DNA of 64,000 bases from a virus: the IMG/VR virus record IMGVR_UViG_3300046463_000548, positions 32,001-96,000 of that record; one strand, written 5' to 3'. The notes under the pieces are model-generated. The model ran no database searches. It saw nothing but the letters and a program-made list of their open reading frames with translations, and had not been told where the DNA came from. Of this stretch, positions 56,072 to 64,000 are shown one piece after another; position 1 is the first letter of the stretch; every line of letters starts with the position of its first letter. A program made the translations under genes and the position numbers.

Positions 56072-57958
56072 CTAACCTGTGAAGTACGGTGTGTTCATCA
56101 TCATCAGAGAGTCATCGGTACCCGTATGGAAGTTGAACGTTGACATGCCAATCTGAGGACCTCCCTTGGAGGGGCGGTTATCTCCGGTACCCGCTGACGC
56201 GGCCATACCTGCGGCAACCCCTGTGTTAGGGACCGCAACACCAGCCGCCATAGACGCGGACTGAGCGGGCGCTGAGGTCGTTGATGTCGTGTTGCTGATT
56301 GAGGTAGGACCCGATACGCTTGAGCGATTTCCACCAATCGTCGTTGTCGAACCCCCAACGTTCACTGAAGACTCGCCTGGGTTCGTGGTGGTGCCACCGA
56401 CCGAAGTTGTGGAGCCCTCAAGATTCACCTTGTCCGCACCAACAGTAATTCCCAGCTTGTTTGCAACCCACGACTGCCAACTTTGATTCCCCGTTTCCCC
56501 TTGCGGTTTAGCTGACGCAACGCTCGCATTGGGATTGTGGTCCCTGTTAGCTGCGTCCATCTTCGCCATTTCCGCCTTTTGTTCCGGCGTCAGGTTGTTG
56601 ATGTCTGCATGGCCCGCCTTAGGTCCCGTAAGTTTCGCTGCCGGACCATTGCGTGATGCGTCAACGTCCTTCTGAGTTACCGTATCCGACTTTGGATGCA
56701 GCTTTTCGAGCACCCAATCGAGCACCTCATGCGCCTGTTTCCCGACCCAATCCCACGCTTCACCGACCGCCTTTTTCAGGTTGTCCCACGTTGCGTACTT
56801 GGTGATCAGGTCACCGATTGTCTTAAACAGTTGCGGATTCGTTGCCATCAGGAGCAGAGCGGAGCCCAAGGTTTTTAGCCAGCCCCAGCCCTCGTCGTCA
56901 TCCTTTTTCTTCTTGCCCTTCGATGGATCACCGACAATCGACTTGTACGAATTCCAGAACGTGTCCGCTCTGTTCTCGTCCTCTTCCTTCTGGTCTACGG
57001 TTGACTCGTCATCCTTTTGCAGGAAGTCCATCAGCTTCTGGTAAAGCGATGTCTGGTCGGTTGCGGCCTTCGTGATCGCCTGTTCTGCGGCCGAACTCAG
57101 CGATATTGAGGTTGAAGCAACGGACGACTTCGCGTGAGGTTCCATACCTCCGGTCTGATCCGTCAACGCCCTATGTTCAGCGGGACGCACAAGCTGCATC
57201 GCGTTGTCTACAATCGTGTGAGGCTCTACGTCCGTCACAGCGTGTGGGACACCACGACGCATAGGCATCAGGTTCGTGCCGTCAGCATCCAGGATTTCCT
57301 GATGGCCTGGGGCGGGCAACGCTAGCTGACCGCCGTGCGCGGCCTTCCCACGTGAGGCTGCGCGTTCCTTGTTGATCTGTTCCGCAAGATCGCGAAGCGT
57401 CGTCTTGAACACGTCGGCAATCTTTTCGATCAGCGACGTTTCGCGAGTCTGCCAGCGATTCGCATCAGCTTCGAGCAGCGACTCTTCCAGCAAGTCGTTC
57501 GCAGCAAGTAAATCGCTAGTCGAAGGAAGATCAGTCGGCAGCGCCTCGTGCACACCTGTGAAGCCGGTGTTCATCGTCTTCGTCAAATCCTCGTTGGATT
57601 CGAGGGCAGACAGTTCGATGAATTCCTTGATCGTTCCGACTATGTTCGGCTCGATTGTCTGGAGTGCTGCGTTAAGCGCTTTCTCATAGGCCGTCAGGTT
57701 GTCTGCGTTGTCTGCGCGGATACCCTGTTCCAACTGTGCGTACGACGCTTCGAATTTCTTCGCCTGCACTTCGGATGCGGAGATTGCCTGTGCGAATGTG
57801 GTTGCTGCGAGAGACGAAAGACCGTTCAGGACCGAAGAGACTCGCGAGAAGTCTGCGGTGGATGCTCGACCCTGAACGATGTTGTTGAGTGACGAGCCTG
57901 CGCTGTTTTGCAGGCTCTGCCATTTCTTTGATGCCTGATCACTATTGAACCCAGCCAT
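56072..57958 (-). CDS. Tape-measure-like protein
   Basis: Helical A/S-rich protein with a hydrophobic segment, downstream of chaperone-like genes. Confidence 0.55.
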   Translation of the reverse strand: MAGFNSDQASKKWQSLQNSAGSSLNNIVQGRASTADFSRVSSVLNGLSSLAATTFAQAISASEVQAKKFEASYAQLEQGIRADNADNLTAYEKALNAALQTIEPNIVGTIKEFIELSALESNEDLTKTMNTGFTGVHEALPTDLPSTSDLLAANDLLEESLLEADANRWQTRETSLIEKIADVFKTTLRDLAEQINKERAASRGKAAHGGQLALPAPGHQEILDADGTNLMPMRRGVPHAVTDVEPHTIVDNAMQLVRPAEHRALTDQTGGMEPHAKSSVASTSISLSSAAEQAITKAATDQTSLYQKLMDFLQKDDESTVDQKEEDENRADTFWNSYKSIVGDPSKGKKKKDDDEGWGWLKTLGSALLLMATNPQLFKTIGDLITKYATWDNLKKAVGEAWDWVGKQAHEVLDWVLEKLHPKSDTVTQKDVDASRNGPAAKLTGPKAGHADINNLTPEQKAEMAKMDAANRDHNPNASVASAKPQGETGNQSWQSWVANKLGITVGADKVNLEGSTTSVGGTTTNPGESSVNVGGSTTTIGGNRSSVSGPTSISNTTSTTSAPAQSASMAAGVAVPNTGVAAGMAASAGTGDNRPSKGGPQIGMSTFNFHTGTDDSLMMMNTPYFTG

Positions 57959-57961
57959 CTT

Positions 57962-58114
57962 TTACCCCACGTACTGTTTTCCTTCCTGTGCCGCTTTGAT
58001 ACGGTCATCCCGCCGCGCCTGTGCAGCATCGGAAAACTGCTGGAATTGATAGATAGGGGTGTCCTCGCTGATCTGAACGTGGTATTCGCTCAGAATCAGC
58101 AGATGCCTATCCAT
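57962..58114 (-). CDS. gp51-like small hub/tail assembly protein
   Basis: MDRHLLILSEYH...TPIYQF; immediately after the gp26-like gene. Confidence 0.5.
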   Translation of the reverse strand: MDRHLLILSEYHVQISEDTPIYQFQQFSDAAQARRDDRIKAAQEGKQYVG

Positions 58115-58127
58115 CACTTCCTTGGCG

Positions 58128-59471
58128 CTAGTTAGCGGGAAAGAAGCTGTGGGCAGCAAGCGAAAGCTTACTTTCGCTCATTGCACCACACCCCTTGCAC
58201 TGGATTTTTACGGTTTGATCTACGCCATAGTTACGAACTGCTTTGTCGTAGTCCTTAATTAGCTGCACCTGATCAGGAGTCGCGTTCTCAACGATGGCCA
58301 CACGCTGATCCAACGTCAGATGAAGCTCCTGATGTTGGATGTGCGTAGCCAACTGCGCGAGGAACGAAAACTCAGCACGCTGATCCGGGTCCTGCATCTT
58401 CGGATGCTCTGCGAATTCGATTACATCGCGCATCGTCGGCGGACGAAACACCATGGTCGATGCGTCGCTGAAGTGATAAATCTCCGGGTCAGGAATCGTT
58501 TCGAGTTCGGTGACTTTGACTGACGCGTTGGTGATGACTTGCGAAATCTCCAGCGACGATTCAGGAAGAACTGCCGCTTCGATTTCCGCGTAGTGCTCGT
58601 CCGTCATCTGGCCCGCGCGCACCATCGCCTGGAAGTCGATCAAGCGCAGACCATTCTCTACGCGACGTGTATGCTCCGGGTTCTTGCATCTCGTGGTGTG
58701 CACGAAATTCGATTTCGTGAATGAGTTCTGACGCAGCCAGAACAGCACGAAGTAGAAATCAGGTAGCGTCAGTTCGAACGCGAGAGGCACGCCATTCCAT
58801 GCCGGATCACTCGTGTACAGAACAGAAGACACAGCCTCAACTACAGGCTGCAGCGACTGCTCGCGATGCGCCTTCTGGAGCTTGGCTATATGCTTGGCGA
58901 GAAACGGCTTTGCATAGAGGTCCTTGAACCCGTAAAAGGCGAAATGCGAGGGCAGACCCAGCGAGAATGAGGAACCATCCGCGACCGGTGTCTGAAACCC
59001 GGGCATGGGATTGCCCACTTGATTTTGTGTATCCGGCGCGGTCTCGTGCTGTTGCATGGACTGATGGACCCACGAGAAATCATCGGCCGCTGGTACCTGC
59101 GGTTGCACAGCCTGAGCAATCGGCCGTTGCTGCGTTTGCGGGGGCCGTGATTGAGCCTGTTGCTTGGCCTGCGGAGGAACGCGGTGCTGAACCATCGGAG
59201 ACGGCTGCGGTTGAGCAGCCGGTGCTGCATGCGTTTGCGTTTGAGCCAGAGCCATCTGGTCCAAGCTCTGCGCGTGCATTGCAATGCCAGGACGCTGCGG
59301 CTGCTGTACACGGGGACCTTGGTCCTCAGTCGGCACCATCATCGGAACGCCCGGGAGCTTGATCGGCTTCGGAAAATGCGCGACGCTTTTCATGCGGTCC
59401 TGTTGGGCGCGTGCCAGTGCATCCTTTTTGTCCTGCGTAAATGGCATGAATTCTGTCTTCTTTTCAGACAC
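58128..59471 (-). CDS. gp26-like baseplate hub/tail assembly chaperone with a Q/P-rich N-terminal extension
   Basis: LPS...Y...KPF, DFYFVLFWLRQNS, FRPPT, C-terminal CKGCG...SFF. Confidence 0.7.
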   Translation of the reverse strand: MSEKKTEFMPFTQDKKDALARAQQDRMKSVAHFPKPIKLPGVPMMVPTEDQGPRVQQPQRPGIAMHAQSLDQMALAQTQTHAAPAAQPQPSPMVQHRVPPQAKQQAQSRPPQTQQRPIAQAVQPQVPAADDFSWVHQSMQQHETAPDTQNQVGNPMPGFQTPVADGSSFSLGLPSHFAFYGFKDLYAKPFLAKHIAKLQKAHREQSLQPVVEAVSSVLYTSDPAWNGVPLAFELTLPDFYFVLFWLRQNSFTKSNFVHTTRCKNPEHTRRVENGLRLIDFQAMVRAGQMTDEHYAEIEAAVLPESSLEISQVITNASVKVTELETIPDPEIYHFSDASTMVFRPPTMRDVIEFAEHPKMQDPDQRAEFSFLAQLATHIQHQELHLTLDQRVAIVENATPDQVQLIKDYDKAVRNYGVDQTVKIQCKGCGAMSESKLSLAAHSFFPAN

Positions 59472-59500
59472 GTTGTTAACTCCGGTTTATGAGCAAGAAT

Positions 59501-60655
59501 TTAGAGTGAGGCGAAGCCCGAACCAACGGCATTAATCCCGCGTTGAAGCAGGGCAGAGCCCGCGTTGGTTATCACTGAACCAAAGCTGTTGATGGTTGCG
59601 GTTATCGCGTTGTTAGTGCCGTTTTGAGCCACCGAGCCGGGAAGGATTGAACCCGCGTCCACCAGGTTCACGAAAACGTCCCCGACTTCGAAGGTCACTT
59701 GATTGATGATCCGGTTGCTGTTGCCAGATTCCATGGCGTACGACTCAACGTTAGACGGCCAGCATTCGGTGTACTCGACAATCGCGAGAACGTTCGACGT
59801 AACGTCCAGCAGGTAGATGAAGATCGGAAACTTGTAGTCGGAAGGACGACCCCAACCACCTCCCATACTCGCTGCCTGATTAGCGGAGAACGGCGTGATA
59901 ATCGCGTTCTGCCACGCCTGTATGTAGGTCAGCGCAACGTTTGATGAGTCCGCGTAGATTCCGAGACGCAAGCTGCCGACTGAATACTTCGCTGGGTACG
60001 CACGCGGGCGGCCCTCACGGAAAATGTGCTGAGCCTCAAACGTGCGGAAGGGCAGGGTAGCCTGCTCAACGTAGTACCACGGAAGCTGCGCGGCGTTAGA
60101 TGTTGCAATCTGGCCGCCCAAGGCCGATGTCAACCCACCGGCCAGTGCTGAACTCAGGTTCGATAGAATCGAACTGGAAGTCGCATTGGATGCCGTCTGG
60201 TTCGAGCCGGGAGTAATCACGGGCATCTGCGCGTACCACGTGTACGCGAGCATAGGATCGGAGCGAGCTTGCGCACCAGCCAGATCGTAGCCCGGGTTGA
60301 TACCGTTATTTGACGAGCTTTGGAAGGAGGTCCCGGGACTCGAAAGCACGGAGCCGGAAGACGCCATCCCACCTAAGCCGGATATAGCGGCCGAAAATGC
60401 GTTTGCCGGGGCCGAGGCGAGCGTAGAAACCGCTGCAGAGACATTCCCCGTGAGTAGGTCACCGGCTGCACCAACGACCGAACCTAAGGCCGATTTGACG
60501 GTATTGGACGCGGCACCTACGACATTGGATACAACTGTGTTCTTGGCGTTTGAAACGGCACCGGTAATGCCAGTCTTGATACTGTTGATCTGGCCTTTGG
60601 TATTTACTTTGATTTGACTTTCGGCGGAAGATACTGCATCGGAGAGAAACGACAT
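59501..60655 (-). CDS. Tail-tube-fold protein (gp54-like) with an S/G/A-rich extension
   Basis: VEQATLPF...YPAKYSVGSLRL...YIQAWQ...YTECWPSNV...VTFEV. Confidence 0.65.
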   Translation of the reverse strand: MSFLSDAVSSAESQIKVNTKGQINSIKTGITGAVSNAKNTVVSNVVGAASNTVKSALGSVVGAAGDLLTGNVSAAVSTLASAPANAFSAAISGLGGMASSGSVLSSPGTSFQSSSNNGINPGYDLAGAQARSDPMLAYTWYAQMPVITPGSNQTASNATSSSILSNLSSALAGGLTSALGGQIATSNAAQLPWYYVEQATLPFRTFEAQHIFREGRPRAYPAKYSVGSLRLGIYADSSNVALTYIQAWQNAIITPFSANQAASMGGGWGRPSDYKFPIFIYLLDVTSNVLAIVEYTECWPSNVESYAMESGNSNRIINQVTFEVGDVFVNLVDAGSILPGSVAQNGTNNAITATINSFGSVITNAGSALLQRGINAVGSGFASL

Positions 60656-60678
60656 AGGGCAGACCTTTCAAAAGGTGC

Positions 60679-60735
60679 GCCCTAACAATGAATGACAGGC
60701 GTTTGAACCTCTAACGCCTGTCTGTGCGTTAGGGC
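60679..60735 (-). promoter_or_regulatory. Long interrupted hairpin in the 5' leader of the 60655 gene
   Basis: GCCCTAAC/GTTAGGGC plus GACAGGCGTT/AACGCCTGTC stems. Confidence 0.6.
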
Positions 60736-60779
60736 AAAAAAGAGGGCGGCAAACCCTCGAAGGTCTTAGCGCCGCCCTT
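60736..60779 (-). terminator. Intrinsic terminator
   Basis: AGGGCGGC...GCCGCCCT followed by CTTTTTT on the minus strand. Confidence 0.75.
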
Positions 60780-60862
60780 GATACAGTTACATGCAAGCCC
60801 CCTTCCCTATGGGAATTCCGTGGCCCTTGCTCAAAGCCAACTTGCATGCACCTGTTCGAGTT
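60736..60862 (-). ncRNA. Candidate small structured RNA
   Basis: CAATTTCAT motif upstream, three-way junction closed by CATGCAAG/CTTGCATG, then a terminator. Confidence 0.4.
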
Positions 60863-60878
60863 ACTATGAAATTGGAGG

Positions 60879-61337
60879 TCAGTTGCCCCAGATCATCAAC
60901 AACGCCGGGTCTACCGGGATATAGCCATTAGGTGCTGGTCTCAGCAGTGATATGGAATCCGGCGCGAGCCGCCCCTGCGGAGGCAAGTAATAGCCGTTGT
61001 TTCTGGCGTCATCAAGAACGACCATCTTGGGATCGGCCTTCGGCACGTACAGGTCACGCTGAATCAGCGTCCGTGTGTTTTCCACTTCTTCCGGCCAGTG
61101 CTCTTCTGTCCGATAGGCAATCCAGTCCTTGGCTAGTTCCGGCTTTACGAGCAGGGTCAATCCGAGTCCTGAAAGCATACGTTCCGGCTGCTTGTCGAGA
61201 CCAACGACCACCACCTCTGAGTACTGTTGACGGGCGTTAGCCAGCAGCGTAAGACAGTCGCGAAGCATCTGCCCTTCAACTGCTGGCGTGTACTTCGTGT
61301 AAGTCACACCGATGTAGAAAATACGAGGCTTTTTCAT
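60879..61337 (-). CDS. Hypothetical protein
   Basis: ATGA-coupled ORF. Confidence 0.65.
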   Translation of the reverse strand: MKKPRIFYIGVTYTKYTPAVEGQMLRDCLTLLANARQQYSEVVVVGLDKQPERMLSGLGLTLLVKPELAKDWIAYRTEEHWPEEVENTRTLIQRDLYVPKADPKMVVLDDARNNGYYLPPQGRLAPDSISLLRPAPNGYIPVDPALLMIWGN

Positions 61338-61561
61338 CTCTTTGTCCCCTTAGCTAGGGCTCGCGCTTTCTCCAGCGGAACCAGATAGACGCGATCATTT
61401 GATGTCAGAGTAAATCGCACCAGGTCAGGATCAGAGGACTGACGAACTCCAAACTTTGTACCTTTCTCCAAAGTAACACTGCTCGTTATCTTCAACGACC
61501 GGCCGCTGTAAGTGAACCAGTCGAAGTTTTCCTCAGTTTTCTTCAGAAGGAAGCTGTACAT
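61334..61561 (-). CDS. Hypothetical protein
   Basis: Coupled to the portal stop codon. Confidence 0.6.
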   Translation of the reverse strand: MYSFLLKKTEENFDWFTYSGRSLKITSSVTLEKGTKFGVRQSSDPDLVRFTLTSNDRVYLVPLEKARALAKGTKR

Positions 61562-63456
61562 TATTTGTAATTCCCAAAACCCGGAAGCGTTGCGCGGCCC
61601 AGCTTTTGCACGTTAGCCCGACGCAGCTTCTCCTGATAGTGCGGGTCACCATCGACCTTCTTCGCGATCTTCATAATCTGATCGTGCGCACGGTGGCGAC
61701 GGTCTGCCATCGCCGCAGAAGGGATGTGCCGAACCTGATCGGTTTTCGTCAGCGCCCACGCATCACCCGAATCACCGAAGTCACGTGAAAGCAGGGGCTT
61801 GCGGTACGCGCGTTGCTGCATGAGGTTTGCGCTCATCGACGTATGCTGGTTAGTCCGTTCGATCAATGCGGAGAGTTCCGGCTGCTCTGCGTCATCGATT
61901 TCACGCTCGTCATCATCGAACTCGTTGGAGAAATGATCCTCGCCCTCGTGCGATGTATCCTTGCCGGTGAATTCCTCCAGGCGCTGACGCAACACCTTGT
62001 CTTCATCGAGGTCGCGTACCAGCGCGTCCGGGTCGATCTTTGCAGCGGCCATCCACATCTTGAGAGGGATAGGGACGCCCTTTTCCGAAGCCATTTCGAG
62101 CAGTTCCATCATGTTCTCTTCGCCCTTCGCTTCAAGCTCCTTGTGCCAGTGAAGCTGCGGCATCTTGAGGTTCGAACGGTTGGCGCGGTTGAACAGGAAG
62201 TCCACAATCTTGCCGCTCTTCGCTTTGTTCTTCGGATCGACATACAGATCGTTGACCACAGCAATCAGCGGGAACAGCTTCGCGTAGAACACGCGGTCCG
62301 TCAGGTCTGTGCGGTAGCTATTCATCGTTTCGAGGAACGTTGAATATGCAGACTCTGCTGCCGCGTACGACGATTCGCCAGACAGGAACGACTCACTGAT
62401 GCCCAGCGCCCGGAGCTTGTACGGAACAAGCACATCGGCCATGTCCGTCCACTTCCAGAAATCGCCACCTGGTCGGATGTCTGCAGCCTGCACCGAATTA
62501 CGTGTCGAAATCCATCCGCCCAACGGGTCGAATTCGGCCTGCTGGAACTGCGATACGAGCGCCTGGAGTTCTTCGCCGGTCGGAGTCCAGTTGTCATCGC
62601 CAGCCGTCAGGTGAGTCATCGCGCGTTGACGACGCTGAGCCTCAACAAGCGTCCCACGGAACAGCGTCTTTTCGATCAGATACATCGGCAAGATGCGGTG
62701 CAAGTAGGACGTGTATGCGCGGTCCGTTGTTGAACGGCGCGGGACGAACAGTGTGGTCACCGGGTCCAGCGTGAACGCGCCCGACTTCAGCATGTCCAGG
62801 AACTGCGGAGGCATCGAGTCGAGATACTTCCGCGCGTACTCTGACGTGTCGTGCATGAACTGCTGTGTTGACTGTCCAACACGCACATTGATCGTCGGGT
62901 CGATACCCCAGAACGGGGAGGGGATCACGGCGCAGGACAGCGCGTCATGAATCAGCGTGTCCATGAACTGCTTTGAACGGGGATCGAACACCAACGATCC
63001 ACAGAAGAAACCATCAGTCAGGTGAGCCGTCGATATCGTAGGCATCATCTGGCGGAGGTTCAGTCGGTCTAACGCCTCTTCATAGAACTTCAGTTCTTTC
63101 TCTTCCAGACCGCGCAGTTCCCAATCGGAGAACGGAAAATGCGACTGGATGTCCACAGACGAACCCGCTGTGTTATCGAACAGATACATATCCCGGTAGA
63201 ACAGGGCTAGGGTAGAGGTGTCGATCAGATGCGGGTCTGCCGGGATGATACCCGTCATGTAGTACTGGTAGTTCGACTGCCAAAACCCGTTCACGGACAT
63301 TGATGCGCCGCCCGATGTTCCGCTCATACCCATGCTTGCGGTCACCTGCGTCATCGAACGCGGGGACGCACGGTGTACGATGGTGTTCCCCGGTGATTCG
63401 CCCATCATGTTTATTGAGCCGTTTGTAACGCCCAAAATGCGCTTCTTGCTGTACAT
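61561..63456 (-). CDS. Putative portal protein
   Basis: About 630 aa; FYRDMYLFDNTAGSSVD...PFSD, KLRALGISESFLSGESSYA, as recalled for large-myophage portals; ATG 63456 with AGGA RBS. Confidence 0.7.
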   Translation of the reverse strand: MYSKKRILGVTNGSINMMGESPGNTIVHRASPRSMTQVTASMGMSGTSGGASMSVNGFWQSNYQYYMTGIIPADPHLIDTSTLALFYRDMYLFDNTAGSSVDIQSHFPFSDWELRGLEEKELKFYEEALDRLNLRQMMPTISTAHLTDGFFCGSLVFDPRSKQFMDTLIHDALSCAVIPSPFWGIDPTINVRVGQSTQQFMHDTSEYARKYLDSMPPQFLDMLKSGAFTLDPVTTLFVPRRSTTDRAYTSYLHRILPMYLIEKTLFRGTLVEAQRRQRAMTHLTAGDDNWTPTGEELQALVSQFQQAEFDPLGGWISTRNSVQAADIRPGGDFWKWTDMADVLVPYKLRALGISESFLSGESSYAAAESAYSTFLETMNSYRTDLTDRVFYAKLFPLIAVVNDLYVDPKNKAKSGKIVDFLFNRANRSNLKMPQLHWHKELEAKGEENMMELLEMASEKGVPIPLKMWMAAAKIDPDALVRDLDEDKVLRQRLEEFTGKDTSHEGEDHFSNEFDDDEREIDDAEQPELSALIERTNQHTSMSANLMQQRAYRKPLLSRDFGDSGDAWALTKTDQVRHIPSAAMADRRHRAHDQIMKIAKKVDGDPHYQEKLRRANVQKLGRATLPGFGNYK

Positions 63457-63493
63457 GTGTTTAATCCTGTTGTTCGATGCACTCGTACACGGC

Positions 63494-63991
63494 TCATTGC
63501 CTTGACCTTCGCGCGTATCGGTTAAAGTCGGCATTCCGGAAGGCCAAACGTATGCATAGGTTCAGCTTTGTGTCAGAGGCGATTTCTCGGTATTCCGCAC
63601 GTTGAACCATGCGCAGGGTGTACCTAGCGCTCGCACCGTTCTTGGCTATGAACTTACGGACAACGAAGATGCCAACGCCTTTCGGAATGTCGCCCTTGAT
63701 CGTCTCGTAGGTCTTGGAACCAACTACGAAAAACAATTTATTCGAGTAGTCCAGATACTTGGGCCACTTACCTGCACGGTGATCCACGTAGAAATCAGCG
63801 GGGCAGCTTTTGATTTCGCAGATGACGACTTCGCCTTTCATGTTGACGGCGAGTAGGTCTGCACGCAGCGCCCCGCTTGGGTTTAATCCGACCTCCGCAT
63901 TCACCGCATAGCACTTATCTGTGTAATACCTTCGCACCTGATCCTTCAGAAGCTGTGCGATATCCTTGCGGGTCATCTGTGTTTTGATCAT
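63494..63991 (-). CDS. MmcB-like PD-(D/E)XK endonuclease
   Basis: EVGL...RADLLAV..KGEVVICEIKS..ADF..D...KWPKYLDYSNKLFF. Confidence 0.8.
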   Translation of the reverse strand: MIKTQMTRKDIAQLLKDQVRRYYTDKCYAVNAEVGLNPSGALRADLLAVNMKGEVVICEIKSCPADFYVDHRAGKWPKYLDYSNKLFFVVGSKTYETIKGDIPKGVGIFVVRKFIAKNGASARYTLRMVQRAEYREIASDTKLNLCIRLAFRNADFNRYARRSRQ

Positions 63992-64000
63992 CGTTGAAGG

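Noticed and set aside
60783-60855. tRNA gene
   Set aside because: Only two internal arms, and no T-loop or D-loop consensus in the expected positions

Overview
A 64-kb slice of a large contractile-tailed (myovirus, probably jumbo) phage or phage-plasmid of moderately high GC. No host housekeeping genes, att site, rRNA, tRNA or CRISPR array were found. Layout: (1) 1-8.0 kb, minus strand: two putative virion genes, then a DNA-metabolism cluster (beta-class DNA methyltransferase, SbcC/Rad50-like ATPase, ASCH/DUF3850 protein, DnaX-like clamp loader, Cas4-like nuclease). (2) 8.1-26.4 kb, mostly plus strand: a large modular tail-fibre/receptor-binding region, interrupted by a 5'-3' exonuclease and a holin / membrane protein / GH19 endolysin cassette. 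(3) 26.5-42.2 kb, plus strand: about 37 mostly small accessory genes behind sigma70-type promoters, including a sensor-less GntR head, a stand-alone CapW-type winged helix, NinX, VapBC and DUF29. (4) 42.3-64 kb, minus strand: MmcB-like nuclease, portal, tail tube/hub/tape-measure/lysozyme/baseplate genes, a third tail fibre and an Acb1-like 2H phosphoesterase. Most notable observations: an oriC/datA-like locus (IHF site, AT-rich tract, phased DnaA boxes) at about 45.1-45.5 kb beside a degenerate endonuclease-like DNA-binding protein; a possible two-layer anti-CBASS strategy (Acb1 plus a signal-blind CapW head); and several structured intergenic RNA elements. All family assignments are from motif recognition by eye, without database searches.
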